Source of the DNA: a virus
IMG/VR virus record: IMGVR_UViG_3300008120_000012
Span: 1 to 64,000 of that record
DNA length: 64,000 nt
Reading direction: 5' to 3' (one strand)
The notes beneath the pieces were generated by a model, which was given only the letters and a program-made list of their open reading frames with translations, had not been told where the DNA came from and ran no database searches. Both the position numbers and the translations under genes were made by a program. Numbering within the stretch: the first letter of the stretch is position 1; each line of letters begins with the position of its first letter. Shown one piece after another: positions 51,301-60,293 of this stretch.

Positions 51301-52712
51301 GAGAATCAAATCAAACACCAGTAGGATCAACTACATATTTTAATATAACTGGCATAGATCCAACAAAAACAGTTACGCTGGGTGGAGGCTCTGGAGGTAT
51401 TTGTCTTGTTAATCCAACAACAAATCAGGGTTATTACTTTGAAATTGCAGCCCTGACATCTTCTAATTTAAATAAATATTTAAATACAAACTCAAGTGGT
51501 GAGGCAACTAACAATCTAGACAACATTTTATTTTATAAGGTGCAAAGAAATTCTAGCACTGGAAGGGCAGTACCAGTAAAACTATGGGGCGGTATAGGAA
51601 ATATACTAGTTGACAGTGGTGAGTTTACTGGACAGTATAGAGTAGTTAATGAAAAAAATCCTACAGTATATGATTTAACAATAGAGTATATGGATATAAA
51701 TTCTAACAGAAGAGTGTTTTATTTATATATTAATAATAAATTAGTTCAAGTTGTTACTGACACATCTCCTATACCAATTACTGGAAATCAGGTTGGACTC
51801 TTTGTGCGTGGCTCAACAAAAATTATGTTTGAAAATATTTATGCACTTGGACAAAATTACTCTCAAAATTCTTCATTCCCAACTGGAATTCCAATCTCTA
51901 AAGTTTTTGGTGATGATGATGGAGAGATTAATGCAAATGAGTCTTTGAGTAAATATGCTATGAGTGGTATTATACAAAAAACATACATGAAAGGCATTAT
52001 GCCGATGTGTATGCCAGTATATGATATTTTTTATGATGAATTTGGTACTATTATGAGAGAGGCATCTTATTTTAAAGTTAAATATGATAAAGCATATCCA
52101 GCATTATATGCAAAAATAGCAGCAACTTTTAATAGGTTAAAGGGCTATGTTATCTCTGGTTTTATGGCAGAATCATACGGTGCAGAATTTTTAGTATTTA
52201 ACGCTACAGATACTACAATTAGTTTAGATGAAACAAGTGGCAACTATTTAAGAATTCAAGGCATAACATTTACGCAAGATACCACTCATACTTTAACAGT
52301 AGATGAGTATTATAAAAAACGAGGTAACTTGTCTGACCCTGAATTAAAGGGAAATGTATTGGTAACATCACCACAAAGATTTATTGATGAATATGATTCT
52401 ATTCGTGTTAGCAGAATACAATATGGAAGAAATGAATTTACATTACAAGGTGTATATATTCAAGATCAAGACACGGCAGAGGATATACTAGGTTGGGTTA
52501 TTGGCAAAACATCTAAGCCTAAAAAAACTATCGGTATGGAAATATTCTCTATACCAACGCTTCAATTAGGAGATATAATTAATATTGATTATAAGACAGC
52601 AGATGGTGTTGATGTTATTTCTGACTCCAGCACAAGGTATGTTGTATATCAAATTGATTATGGTAAAAGTGTTGATGGCCCAATAATGTCTTTATATGCG
52701 GTGGAGGTGTAA
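48309..52712 (+). CDS. large tail tip / baseplate hub protein
   Basis: 1467 aa after Dit; VLRQLAISTQSAMYFDEYN and PTLQLGDII hub motifs; GTG start. Confidence 0.7.
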   Translation: MWQNDELKNHLETSFTVQSQTAVVAEWNMNVPGNIFKMGNYRYRKNDSTSDYFKIPNFFDPLDESNHYTNATDSDVVIESGLETDTVTPLLFTYTKELEKLYYSLEDCFKPYRPRSGINKASFFNNKYFSHPNQDMYLRPRYYMPHRDDQFKYWRSYRTESLALEDGYVTIQSNSIPIPLTSDNSNKEYGISKYDNANGIYSIDDACPFVVYKESVPANRIICKVQTNIGDINLGPFKKDGEILNDPFYGQENATTPVRFTIQYLSEYNEWIDAYSFNEDSLRDDNTDIFNSDGYLSLQYGLEVPDAFKDNFILVGTSTSASSLPTNNVKGYAYLVKSTSSSLGILYIWNGSGYSQFTPKYSWKIGTDGVYENTQFVTDFTNPDYFIDSNVFGKIFREFVFIKGLRVVVETMNVPNVPFELIELSPRLVADMTNKTISFSTSKVLSDLGNSSIPVGNLLASTGSISIFDNDSSFNENNIWDGNEGSIIAKYFDKTIKFNIYEVIREVNDVNYYIPIKTLYTEGMPQTNAIDGNISFALRDFYFYFESVKAPEILITEASLSQAVAILLDHIGFSNYIFKRLSNEKDPIIPYFFVAPEQNVAEVLRQLAISTQSAMYFDEYNNFVVVSKNYLLDETDERPVDIVLYGSNNSSEVGINKNVYPNKLSNIIGISSQNKKIYNDGNITYTERYIQRSYGSIKQSQMVDQDKTFIYKPVLLWEVSGSAKTKTANNEMQSTYVLSALPLNSDLDNNPPSVVNNILINNTIDFGENVYWLGRYQGYFYAAGEIIRFDAVQYNIPGVGNEWITSGLEYQKYFSQLPFNGKMYPTGLVRIYAEPYYETINGNTVLKNGEVAQHGREQFGTTIQYHNAGLDSYWSSNDYVQGCDMQSELLYTTKIDPTLPAVTNGVAGLNKSKAEKSKRNGIIKNLFATSYATETDVPLLKTTQTGTIQSSALVFNGPIFEATEKSRDFVSYVWKELDRPFKCFGTRMRIIGRIESNGESNQTPVGSTTYFNITGIDPTKTVTLGGGSGGICLVNPTTNQGYYFEIAALTSSNLNKYLNTNSSGEATNNLDNILFYKVQRNSSTGRAVPVKLWGGIGNILVDSGEFTGQYRVVNEKNPTVYDLTIEYMDINSNRRVFYLYINNKLVQVVTDTSPIPITGNQVGLFVRGSTKIMFENIYALGQNYSQNSSFPTGIPISKVFGDDDGEINANESLSKYAMSGIIQKTYMKGIMPMCMPVYDIFYDEFGTIMREASYFKVKYDKAYPALYAKIAATFNRLKGYVISGFMAESYGAEFLVFNATDTTISLDETSGNYLRIQGITFTQDTTHTLTVDEYYKKRGNLSDPELKGNVLVTSPQRFIDEYDSIRVSRIQYGRNEFTLQGVYIQDQDTAEDILGWVIGKTSKPKKTIGMEIFSIPTLQLGDIINIDYKTADGVDVISDSSTRYVVYQIDYGKSVDGPIMSLYAVEV

Positions 52713-52716
52713 AACT

Positions 52717-53532
52717 ATGGCAATGAGTGCATCAGAATGGGATGACTTAAATAGTATGCTCCCTGCAGAAGACCAAATGTCTTATCAAGATTATTTGGCT
52801 TCAGTTACTCCAGCATCAGATCCAAACGCAGATACTTTTAGTCCATCATTCACTGACTACTGGTCTAATTCTGGAGACTATTGGATGGCCATGGGTGATA
52901 AATATGCTGCAGAGGCTGCTGCTGCTACGCCATACATTGCACCGCCATACTTTTCATTTATTTGGGGTGGCGCTCCAAGAGAAACGCCTCCTGCTGAGCC
53001 GTACGTTCCTCCATACGTTCCGCCATACGTTGCTCCATATGTCCCTCCATATGTTCCTCCATATTTCCCCTCAACTCCTCCACCCCCTCCACCCCCTCCA
53101 CCGCCTCCACCACCTGTAAAAACGGCTACTCCTCAATATGTACTATTTGATGATGACGAAGTTCCTATTGATGCTATAGTAGATCTTTTATTTGAAGATA
53201 TTGGTGGACAAGAATTATTGTTAACAGGTAGATTTGATACTATTAATGGAATAGATGTTGCATATCAGCCAATCGCTAATCTTGGTATTATTAATGAAGA
53301 ATACAACCCAAACAATATTATTAGGTTACAAAATACATCTGATAAATTCTTTGCAAACTATACAATTAAATTATCAGAAAGAATACCAGTGGTAGGCAAT
53401 GGTCCAAATGGCGATAATGTTTACTTAGATTCTAGTGGTAATCTTGTAATTGAATTTGTTAATCTTCAAAATGATGAGCAGGTTGAGGTTCAGGTTACAT
53501 TAAATGGTACAATATATGAGATAGGAATATAA
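52717..53532 (+). CDS. tail-tip-associated protein with Pro/Tyr-rich N-terminal extension
   Basis: ATG 52717 after the SD ggaggt. Contains PPYFSFIWG, (xPYV)x5 and a 13-Pro run before a globular acidic C-terminal domain. Confidence 0.7.
   Translation: MAMSASEWDDLNSMLPAEDQMSYQDYLASVTPASDPNADTFSPSFTDYWSNSGDYWMAMGDKYAAEAAAATPYIAPPYFSFIWGGAPRETPPAEPYVPPYVPPYVAPYVPPYVPPYFPSTPPPPPPPPPPPPPVKTATPQYVLFDDDEVPIDAIVDLLFEDIGGQELLLTGRFDTINGIDVAYQPIANLGIINEEYNPNNIIRLQNTSDKFFANYTIKLSERIPVVGNGPNGDNVYLDSSGNLVIEFVNLQNDEQVEVQVTLNGTIYEIGI
52999..53115 (+). repeat. PYVP tandem repeats and polyproline-13 tract
   Basis: PYVPPYVPPYVAPYVPPYVPPYFPST then 13 Pro codons (53077-53115) using mixed synonymous codons. Confidence 0.9.
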
Positions 53533-55052
53533 TGATAACAGAAACTGGCAAAGAGATTATTGCAAAGTATTTGATGGGTTTAACCCCAGCATATGCTTCG
53601 TATATTGCTATAGGCTGTGGGGCTAAACCAAGACCAAATGTAACTCAAATAACAGGAGTTTCTTCTTCTGGTACCACCATCACCTGTGCATCTACAAGCG
53701 GCCTTTGGGTGGGTGCAATTTTGTCACAAGTTACTGTTGGGACTGGAGTTTTAGCAACCAATACTGCGGTAGTAACAATAATCAGTGGAACACAGTTTAC
53801 AGTAGATCAAGCACCAACAACTCCACTATCTTCAGCAACAGTTTCAATAAAAACTGATAATAGAAAAACTGTTTTAGATTTTGAAACACTTCGTATTCCT
53901 ATTTCATCAAGAGGGTATATCAATGATAATGGTATAAATAAAATTGTATTTACTGGCGAATTGCCAACAGAAGAAAGGTATGAGATTTCAGAAATAGCAA
54001 TTTATTCAGCAGGGTCTAATCCTTCTGCAGCATCCTTTGATAGCAGAGCGTTATTTACATTCACTGACGCTGAAAACTGGCAATACAATGATGGAACAAC
54101 TCTTTCTGCTCCTACATCCATACTTAGTTCATTAACAGATGGATCAAACAATATAACATCAGTAGCAAATGCAATTCAGACTACAGCAAATAACACAGCA
54201 TTTTTAAATGCAACAAGAGCGGGAAGATATGAAAGATGTAGATATTTTAATAATGTTATTATGTTGCGTGGAAATACTTCACATCTAAGTTCAAACACTG
54301 GTGTATTTACTGTAGGATCTAATCCAAAACTGTTGCAACTAACTGGACAAACATTTAATTTTAGTCAAAACTCTCCATCAGATTTAATTAAGATTGCATT
54401 TTCTATTGTAAATGTTACTGGAGGATCTGGTTTAAGCCCAGACAAGGCAAGAGTGCTTATTGAATTTAGTAACACAGATGGAACTCAGTATGCTCGTTTT
54501 AACGGAGAAGCACTAAATTCAACTTTTAATTTTAATACTAATAGATATATGGTTGTTAAAAAAAGATTAGATGAATTAACATACTCTGCAACGTTTTCAT
54601 GGCAGGCAATGTCAATAGTTAAAATTTATGTTAGTGCTTTATATAATTTAACAATTACAAACAAGGCTGCCGATACAACATATGTTACATTAACCACATC
54701 CTCAGCACATAACCTGAGTGCAGGAGATAATGTCCTTGTTGCTGGAATTGACTCAAGATGTAATGGCCAATTTGTAGTTTTTGATACACCAACACCAACT
54801 ACTTTTAGATATGCTAATGCTGGAACTACTCTTTCTTCAACTGCTGTTTCTCCCAACGTTGTAATTGAAGCATCTTTATCATCATATTTTATTGCCTTAG
54901 ATGCAATAAGATTTGATAATGTTGGAACCATTAATCCATTATATGGAATGACTGGTTATAGTATTGTACAAAATTCTGATGCAGCAACAGTTGTTAAATC
55001 TTCTAACTCAAACAACTATGTAGAGTTTAGAGTTGTAGTGGATGTGACCTGA
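53532..55052 (+). CDS. baseplate/tail structural protein
   Basis: MITETGKEIIAKYL...YIAIGCG and YEISEIAIYS are typical baseplate N-terminal motifs; two inserted beta modules. Confidence 0.65.
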   Translation: MITETGKEIIAKYLMGLTPAYASYIAIGCGAKPRPNVTQITGVSSSGTTITCASTSGLWVGAILSQVTVGTGVLATNTAVVTIISGTQFTVDQAPTTPLSSATVSIKTDNRKTVLDFETLRIPISSRGYINDNGINKIVFTGELPTEERYEISEIAIYSAGSNPSAASFDSRALFTFTDAENWQYNDGTTLSAPTSILSSLTDGSNNITSVANAIQTTANNTAFLNATRAGRYERCRYFNNVIMLRGNTSHLSSNTGVFTVGSNPKLLQLTGQTFNFSQNSPSDLIKIAFSIVNVTGGSGLSPDKARVLIEFSNTDGTQYARFNGEALNSTFNFNTNRYMVVKKRLDELTYSATFSWQAMSIVKIYVSALYNLTITNKAADTTYVTLTTSSAHNLSAGDNVLVAGIDSRCNGQFVVFDTPTPTTFRYANAGTTLSSTAVSPNVVIEASLSSYFIALDAIRFDNVGTINPLYGMTGYSIVQNSDAATVVKSSNSNNYVEFRVVVDVT

Positions 55053-55519
55053 TGGCTGATTCTAATATTAAAAAAGTTGTAATAAACAAAATAGATTTAC
55101 CACCTATTGATGCAAATAACTTTTCTTATAATATACGATATCGTTTAATATCAGAAGATAAAAACAGAACTTCTCATTGGTCTAGAATACATAATATTGA
55201 TGCTACAGATCAGGCACCAGGAACATTTTTTGATTATTCTTATTTTAAAGAAGTAGTGAGTACTGGAACAGGCACCACCACGGCAATAAGATTAAACTGG
55301 ATAGTTCCAACAACTTATGCTGGAAGTACATTTGATATTTTTGTTAAAAGAAATGCTGGGGCATACTCTTATTATGCAACATCATTTACAAATAATTATG
55401 TTATTTTAAGAGAGTCCACAGAGACAAGTATTACTATTTTAGTTCAAATGCCCACATATCCCAAGGTACAGACAGCATCTGCTAAACTATTTGAAACAGT
55501 TGCAATAACTGTACCTTAA
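55052..55519 (+). CDS. putative tail protein (beta-rich)
   Basis: TGATG coupling; YNIRYRLIS...SHWS motif. Confidence 0.5.
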   Translation: MADSNIKKVVINKIDLPPIDANNFSYNIRYRLISEDKNRTSHWSRIHNIDATDQAPGTFFDYSYFKEVVSTGTGTTTAIRLNWIVPTTYAGSTFDIFVKRNAGAYSYYATSFTNNYVILRESTETSITILVQMPTYPKVQTASAKLFETVAITVP

Positions 55520-55543
55520 TGATATAATATAATAGGAGGAATA

Positions 55544-55987
55544 ATGGCAAAAGTACCGCTACCAGAAAGAGGGCAACCGCTAGATGTTGCATATCTATAT
55601 AAAATTACTAGTGCGATAAATCAATTATCAGACTCAGTTTCCTCTGCTACTTATAACTATACTACTATTGATACAGTATCATCAGGAAAACAAAATATTA
55701 AAACATCAGAAGCCAGAGTAATTGGTGGCTTTATTACAGTTTCTATTGATAGTACCGTTACTGCATCTCAAACAAAATCTTTTACATATACATTTCCAAG
55801 TGATTTTAAGTATACCCCAATAGTTACTGCATCGCCAGTTAACAGTGGAAAGACCACAGCAGGAGAAAATGTTACAGTAGTTCTTACAGACATTACAAGG
55901 TCAAGTGTAACTGGTTTCGTTAGATATAACGCAAACGGTCAGGTATCAACTATTGTTAATTTAATTATCATTGGAATACCTAATTAA
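55544..55987 (+). CDS. putative minor tail protein with a fibre-tip-like C-terminal domain
   Basis: TFPSDFKYTPIVTAS...NLIIIG pattern. Confidence 0.5.
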   Translation: MAKVPLPERGQPLDVAYLYKITSAINQLSDSVSSATYNYTTIDTVSSGKQNIKTSEARVIGGFITVSIDSTVTASQTKSFTYTFPSDFKYTPIVTASPVNSGKTTAGENVTVVLTDITRSSVTGFVRYNANGQVSTIVNLIIIGIPN

Positions 55988-56178
55988 TGTTAAAGTGCAA
56001 TAGATGCAATGGGAGGATGTTTGTTGACAGACAATATACAACAGTAGATCACGTTGAGATTTATTGTATTATATGTGGATCAAGAACTTTTTTTCATCCA
56101 CCGTCTGAATCTCCAAAAGGATTATGGATACTGCAAAAGGAAAAATTCAGAGCCAAGCATATAATAATGCCCCTGTAG
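55987..56178 (+). CDS. small zinc-ribbon protein
   Basis: CNRC...CIIC; TAATG coupling. Confidence 0.65.
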   Translation: MLKCNRCNGRMFVDRQYTTVDHVEIYCIICGSRTFFHPPSESPKGLWILQKEKFRAKHIIMPL

Positions 56179-56666
56179 TTAAAGGAAATAAAAAAGTTTG
56201 GTTTCTTAATAATGATTTAGTTAGACCTCATCATTATAATCGGGCAAATGGTATAGTAACAGTTTATAATATAAATAAAGATAGATTAGAAACTTGTTTG
56301 CTTTCTGATTTTAAAAAAAATAGAGAGAAGGCTTACACTGTTGGAGAAACTGCAGAACTAATTAATCGTCATAAAAAATATATACCAGATTTAATAAAGC
56401 GTGGTGTTATTCCCCCACCAGTAGGATCTTCAAAAGATGGCAAGCGGGGATTTCAAATAAGATGTTATTATTCAGAGTCGCAAGTTAAGCAGATTCGTGA
56501 TATACTGGCAAGTATCCATATTGGACAGCCAAGAAAAGATGGGTTGGTAACAAATAATATGACACCAAGTCCACAAGAGTTGACAAGAAGAATGGGTCAG
56601 GGTATACTTACATATACAAAAACTGAAGATGGTAGATTTATTCCAGTCTGGAATGAATCAATATAA
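56124..56666 (+). CDS. MerR/Xis-like HTH DNA-binding protein
   Basis: AYTVGETAELINRH...IKRGVIP...RCYYSESQV. Confidence 0.65.
   Translation: MDTAKGKIQSQAYNNAPVVKGNKKVWFLNNDLVRPHHYNRANGIVTVYNINKDRLETCLLSDFKKNREKAYTVGETAELINRHKKYIPDLIKRGVIPPPVGSSKDGKRGFQIRCYYSESQVKQIRDILASIHIGQPRKDGLVTNNMTPSPQELTRRMGQGILTYTKTEDGRFIPVWNESI
56580..56608 (+). promoter_or_regulatory. intragenic sigma70 promoter for the replication operon
   Basis: TTGACA-17-TATACT within the 3' end of the HTH gene. Confidence 0.7.
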
Positions 56667-56683
56667 TATAATTTGGAGGGGTA

Positions 56684-56893
56684 ATGGAATCAAACGATAC
56701 AACAAAAGTATCTGTTACATTGGGATATACGCTTAATCTTGGAAACTTTCAGTCACTAAGATTAGATTTAGGCGTTGTAGATTCAAAGCGTGATGGAGAA
56801 AATACAGATCAGGCTTTTGAGCGTGTTTATAAATTTGTTGAAGACAAATTGTCATCAAAGATATCAGAAGCAAAAACTGAACTAGAAGAATAA
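56684..56893 (+). CDS. hypothetical phage protein
   Basis: SD ggagg; YTLNLGNFQSLRLD motif. Confidence 0.65.
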   Translation: MESNDTTKVSVTLGYTLNLGNFQSLRLDLGVVDSKRDGENTDQAFERVYKFVEDKLSSKISEAKTELEE

Positions 56894-57201
56894 TGGCTGA
56901 TCGTAAGGACCGCATGGCACTTCTTAGCCGATATAATAAATATCATTTGCAACGATATGAAAAAAAGGCTAATTTAAATCTTAATGTAGAGCAGTGGGCT
57001 GCTGATGCACTGGTTGAGTCATATGGCTTGCCTATTTGTTATGATATTTTAGAATACTACTTTAAGGTAAGTCAGACACCATCGTGGAACTTTTTTGCTT
57101 ACAATGCAGAAAAAATATTACAGGCTAAAGAAGACAGAGAGCAAGACAATAAAGAGAGGGCAGAAAGAAGAGAGATGGCTAGGAAGTGGTTAAGTGAATA
57201 A
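56893..57201 (+). CDS. hypothetical protein upstream of the helicase
   Basis: Coupled to neighbours on both sides. Confidence 0.6.
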   Translation: MADRKDRMALLSRYNKYHLQRYEKKANLNLNVEQWAADALVESYGLPICYDILEYYFKVSQTPSWNFFAYNAEKILQAKEDREQDNKERAERREMARKWLSE

Positions 57202-58420
57202 TGTAGAGTCAAAGGTTATTTCAGCCCTATTAAAAGATAAGCAGATTCATGTTTTGCTACAAGCCAACATAGATGGTATCTTACGAACACACAGTGATAT
57301 CTGGAATTTTATAAAAAGATATTTTGAAACTAATAGTACCGTTCCTCCAGTATCTTTGGTAATAGAAAAATTCAGAGACTTTCAACCAGCAGAAGAGGTT
57401 GGCTCAACCAAACACCATTTAGAAGAGTTGCAAGCAGAATACCTAAATGATAGTTTGAAAGATATATTAAGAAGTGCTGCAACAGAAATTCAAAGTGGTC
57501 AAAGTGTTGTTGCATTAGATCAACTAATTACAAAGACATCCGAATTAAAGAAAAATACATCTGTAATTCGTGATATTGATGTAACAGATCTTGAATCTGC
57601 TGTTGCGTATTTTGAGCAAGTTAAAAAACAACAAGAGGCTGGTATTGTTGGAATCAAGACTGGTCTACCAGGATTTGATAACTATCTTCCTGCAGGGATT
57701 ATGCCAGGTCAACTTGGAGTGTTTCTAGCATATCCAGGTATTGGTAAATCATGGTTAGCACTTTACTTTGCTGTTCAAGCATGGAAGCAGGGCAAGAGTC
57801 CTATGGTTATTTCACTTGAAATGTCAGAGACAGAAGTGCGTAATCGTGTTTATACAATCATGGGGGAAGGCTTATGGTCACATCGTAAAATATCAAATGG
57901 TGATATTGAAATTGATATGCTTAAGAAGTGGCACAAAGATAGACTAGAGGGCAAGCCAGAATTTCATATTATTTCAAATGATAGCGGTGGAGAAATTAAT
58001 CCATCAGTATTACGTGGAAAGATAGATCAATACAAGCCAGACTTTGTAATCGTTGACTACCTTCAGTTAATGGCTCCTAATCAGAAGTCAGATAATGAAA
58101 CGGTACGAATGAAGAACCTTTCACGAGAACTTAAACTTATGGCTATTGGTGAAGAAGTTCCTATTATTGCTATTTCATCTGCTACTCCAGATGATGTTAA
58201 TGATCTTAGTACAGTGCCAACTTTAGGACAAACTGCTTGGTCAAGACAGATTGCTTATGATGCTGACTGGGTAATGGCTTTGGGTCGTGCTACAAATAGT
58301 GATATTATAGAATGTGCTTTTCGTAAAAACCGTAATGGTTTTATGGGAGAATTCTTGGTTCAAGTAGATTTTGATAGAGGCTACTATAAATATAAGGATT
58401 ACGAAGATAAGCAGTTATAA
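57194..58420 (+). CDS. dnaB: replicative DnaB-like helicase
   Basis: AYPGIGKS Walker A, ISLEMS, VIVDYLQLM, IAYDADWV, KNRNG. Confidence 0.92.
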   Translation: MNNVESKVISALLKDKQIHVLLQANIDGILRTHSDIWNFIKRYFETNSTVPPVSLVIEKFRDFQPAEEVGSTKHHLEELQAEYLNDSLKDILRSAATEIQSGQSVVALDQLITKTSELKKNTSVIRDIDVTDLESAVAYFEQVKKQQEAGIVGIKTGLPGFDNYLPAGIMPGQLGVFLAYPGIGKSWLALYFAVQAWKQGKSPMVISLEMSETEVRNRVYTIMGEGLWSHRKISNGDIEIDMLKKWHKDRLEGKPEFHIISNDSGGEINPSVLRGKIDQYKPDFVIVDYLQLMAPNQKSDNETVRMKNLSRELKLMAIGEEVPIIAISSATPDDVNDLSTVPTLGQTAWSRQIAYDADWVMALGRATNSDIIECAFRKNRNGFMGEFLVQVDFDRGYYKYKDYEDKQL

Positions 58421-58426
58421 TATGGT

Positions 58427-58753
58427 GTGGAAAAAATACATCATAGAGCCATAAAAAAATTTAATATAGATGGAATCATCCATGATGATAAATTGTTGGT
58501 AAGACTAAAAAATGAATATGTAAGATTATTAACAACACAAATGAAACTTAAAGGATATGTGCCAAGGTATGACATTGACATGGATTTCACATTAGACTAT
58601 AATGAGAATAAGCAATATTTTGAATTTGAATTAACATTATATGGAGTATATGTAGGAAAGCGAAAGGCAGAATGGATACAAGGAATAGATGGTCAAAAGG
58701 TGATTTATACACCGACCAACAAGTTAAACGAGTCATCAACGGTTCAGGCGTAG
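58427..58753 (+). CDS. hypothetical protein
   Basis: 108-aa ORF between helicase and primase. Confidence 0.55.
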   Translation: MEKIHHRAIKKFNIDGIIHDDKLLVRLKNEYVRLLTTQMKLKGYVPRYDIDMDFTLDYNENKQYFEFELTLYGVYVGKRKAEWIQGIDGQKVIYTPTNKLNESSTVQA

Positions 58754-59616
58754 ATATAGAAAAAGAGGTTGACTCTGACTATATTATTTTTTGTCCATAT
58801 CATAATAATCATCGCACCCCTGCTGGAGAAATATCAAAGACTTCTGGAATGTTCTTTTGTTTTTCCTGTCAAATATCAAAAACATTAGTAGAGTTTGTTA
58901 TGGATGTTTCTAAAAGAACTTATTTTGAAGCAACAAGATTTATTAAAAGTAAAGAGCAGCAACAAAATATTGAAACTATAATTAATAAAGAATTGCATGT
59001 GTTGCCAACCTATGTTGAATATGATGTAGAATTAATTAGTCGTTTAAATCAACAAGCCATTAATTCAGAAGTTGCTATTGAATATTTAAAGTCAAGGAAA
59101 ATTAATAAAGAGTCTATTTCAGTATTTGCATTGGGCTATTCTGAAAAACAAAATATGATTACAATTCCTGTTCACAGTCCAGACGGAATATGTGTAGGCT
59201 TTGTTGGTAGATCTATTGCTGGTAAAGATTTTAAGAATAGTGTTGGTTTACCAAAATCTAAAGTTTTATTTAATTTACATAGAGTTAAAAATTCTAGTAC
59301 AGTTTATGTGGTAGAGTCATCATTTGATGCAATAAGACTAACTCAGGCTGGACTTCCTTCAGTTGCAACCTTGGGTGCCAATGTATCAAAAACACAAACA
59401 GATTTGCTTCAAAAATACTTTAACAGTATTGTTGTTATTCCAGATAACGATGAAGCAGGAATCAACATGAGAGAAAAAATAACTGATCGTCTAGGCTCAC
59501 ATGTTGATGTAATTAAACTAGATGATAAATATAAAGACGTAGGAGACATGAGTGATGATGAAATCAAAAATCTGGAATTTAGATTTGACAAGTCAATCAT
59601 GTCTATGCTAAACTAA
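58672..59616 (+). CDS. dnaG: DNA primase (CHC2 zinc finger + TOPRIM)
   Basis: CPYH...CFSC, VVESSFDAI, PDNDEAG, KDVGD. Confidence 0.9.
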   Translation: MDTRNRWSKGDLYTDQQVKRVINGSGVDIEKEVDSDYIIFCPYHNNHRTPAGEISKTSGMFFCFSCQISKTLVEFVMDVSKRTYFEATRFIKSKEQQQNIETIINKELHVLPTYVEYDVELISRLNQQAINSEVAIEYLKSRKINKESISVFALGYSEKQNMITIPVHSPDGICVGFVGRSIAGKDFKNSVGLPKSKVLFNLHRVKNSSTVYVVESSFDAIRLTQAGLPSVATLGANVSKTQTDLLQKYFNSIVVIPDNDEAGINMREKITDRLGSHVDVIKLDDKYKDVGDMSDDEIKNLEFRFDKSIMSMLN

Positions 59617-59636
59617 AGAAAACAAGGAGAAAAACA

Positions 59637-60290
59637 ATGAGCGTAGTAAAGGGATTAAAAAATATCAACGCCCTGCTTGATAAGCCAAAATCAGAATCAT
59701 CAGGCATCAAGGTCCGTTGGGTAAAACTAGCGGATGGTCAATCTGCAAAAATTCGTTTTATTGAAGAGTTAGATGTTGACTCTGCAAATTATAATGAAGG
59801 TCGTGGATTGGCTGTAGTAATTTCTGAACATACAAATCCAAAAGACTATAAGCGTAAGGCTGCATGCACTATGGAGTCAATGGGAAGATGCTTTGGCTGC
59901 GAAATGGCTCGTAAGGAGCCTAAGAGTGGCTGGAGAGCACGTCTTCGTTTTTATTGCAATGTGCTAGTTGATGATGGACTTGAGTCTCCATATGTTGCAG
60001 TGTGGTCACAAGGTATTAGCAAGCAGTCTGCTTTTAATACTATTCGTGAATATGCACTTGAAACAGGAAGCATCTCAAATCTTGTTTGGAAACTAAAGCG
60101 TAATGGACAAGGAACAGAGACAAACTATACTCTTATTCCAAGTGCACCAGATTCAGAACCATTTAAATGGGAAAATGTTGAATCATTCAACCTAGAAAAG
60201 GTTGTTCGTGAAATACCATATCCAGAGCAAGAAGCATTCTACTTTGGATTTGATACACCTTCTGTTACATCAACGAATGTTGAATGGTAA
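59637..60290 (+). CDS. single-stranded DNA-binding protein (gp32-like)
   Basis: L.DGQSAKIRF, H...C...CFGC zinc site, KRNGQGTETNY, acidic/aromatic tail; TTGACA at 59585 upstream. Confidence 0.75.
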   Translation: MSVVKGLKNINALLDKPKSESSGIKVRWVKLADGQSAKIRFIEELDVDSANYNEGRGLAVVISEHTNPKDYKRKAACTMESMGRCFGCEMARKEPKSGWRARLRFYCNVLVDDGLESPYVAVWSQGISKQSAFNTIREYALETGSISNLVWKLKRNGQGTETNYTLIPSAPDSEPFKWENVESFNLEKVVREIPYPEQEAFYFGFDTPSVTSTNVEW

Positions 60291-60293
60291 TAG

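Noticed and set aside
3726-52968. PPYFSFIWG repeat pair as a diversity-generating retroelement TR/VR
   Set aside because: Only ~27 bp long, the differences are synonymous third-position changes rather than adenine-specific, both copies are coding, and there is no reverse transcriptase in the window.
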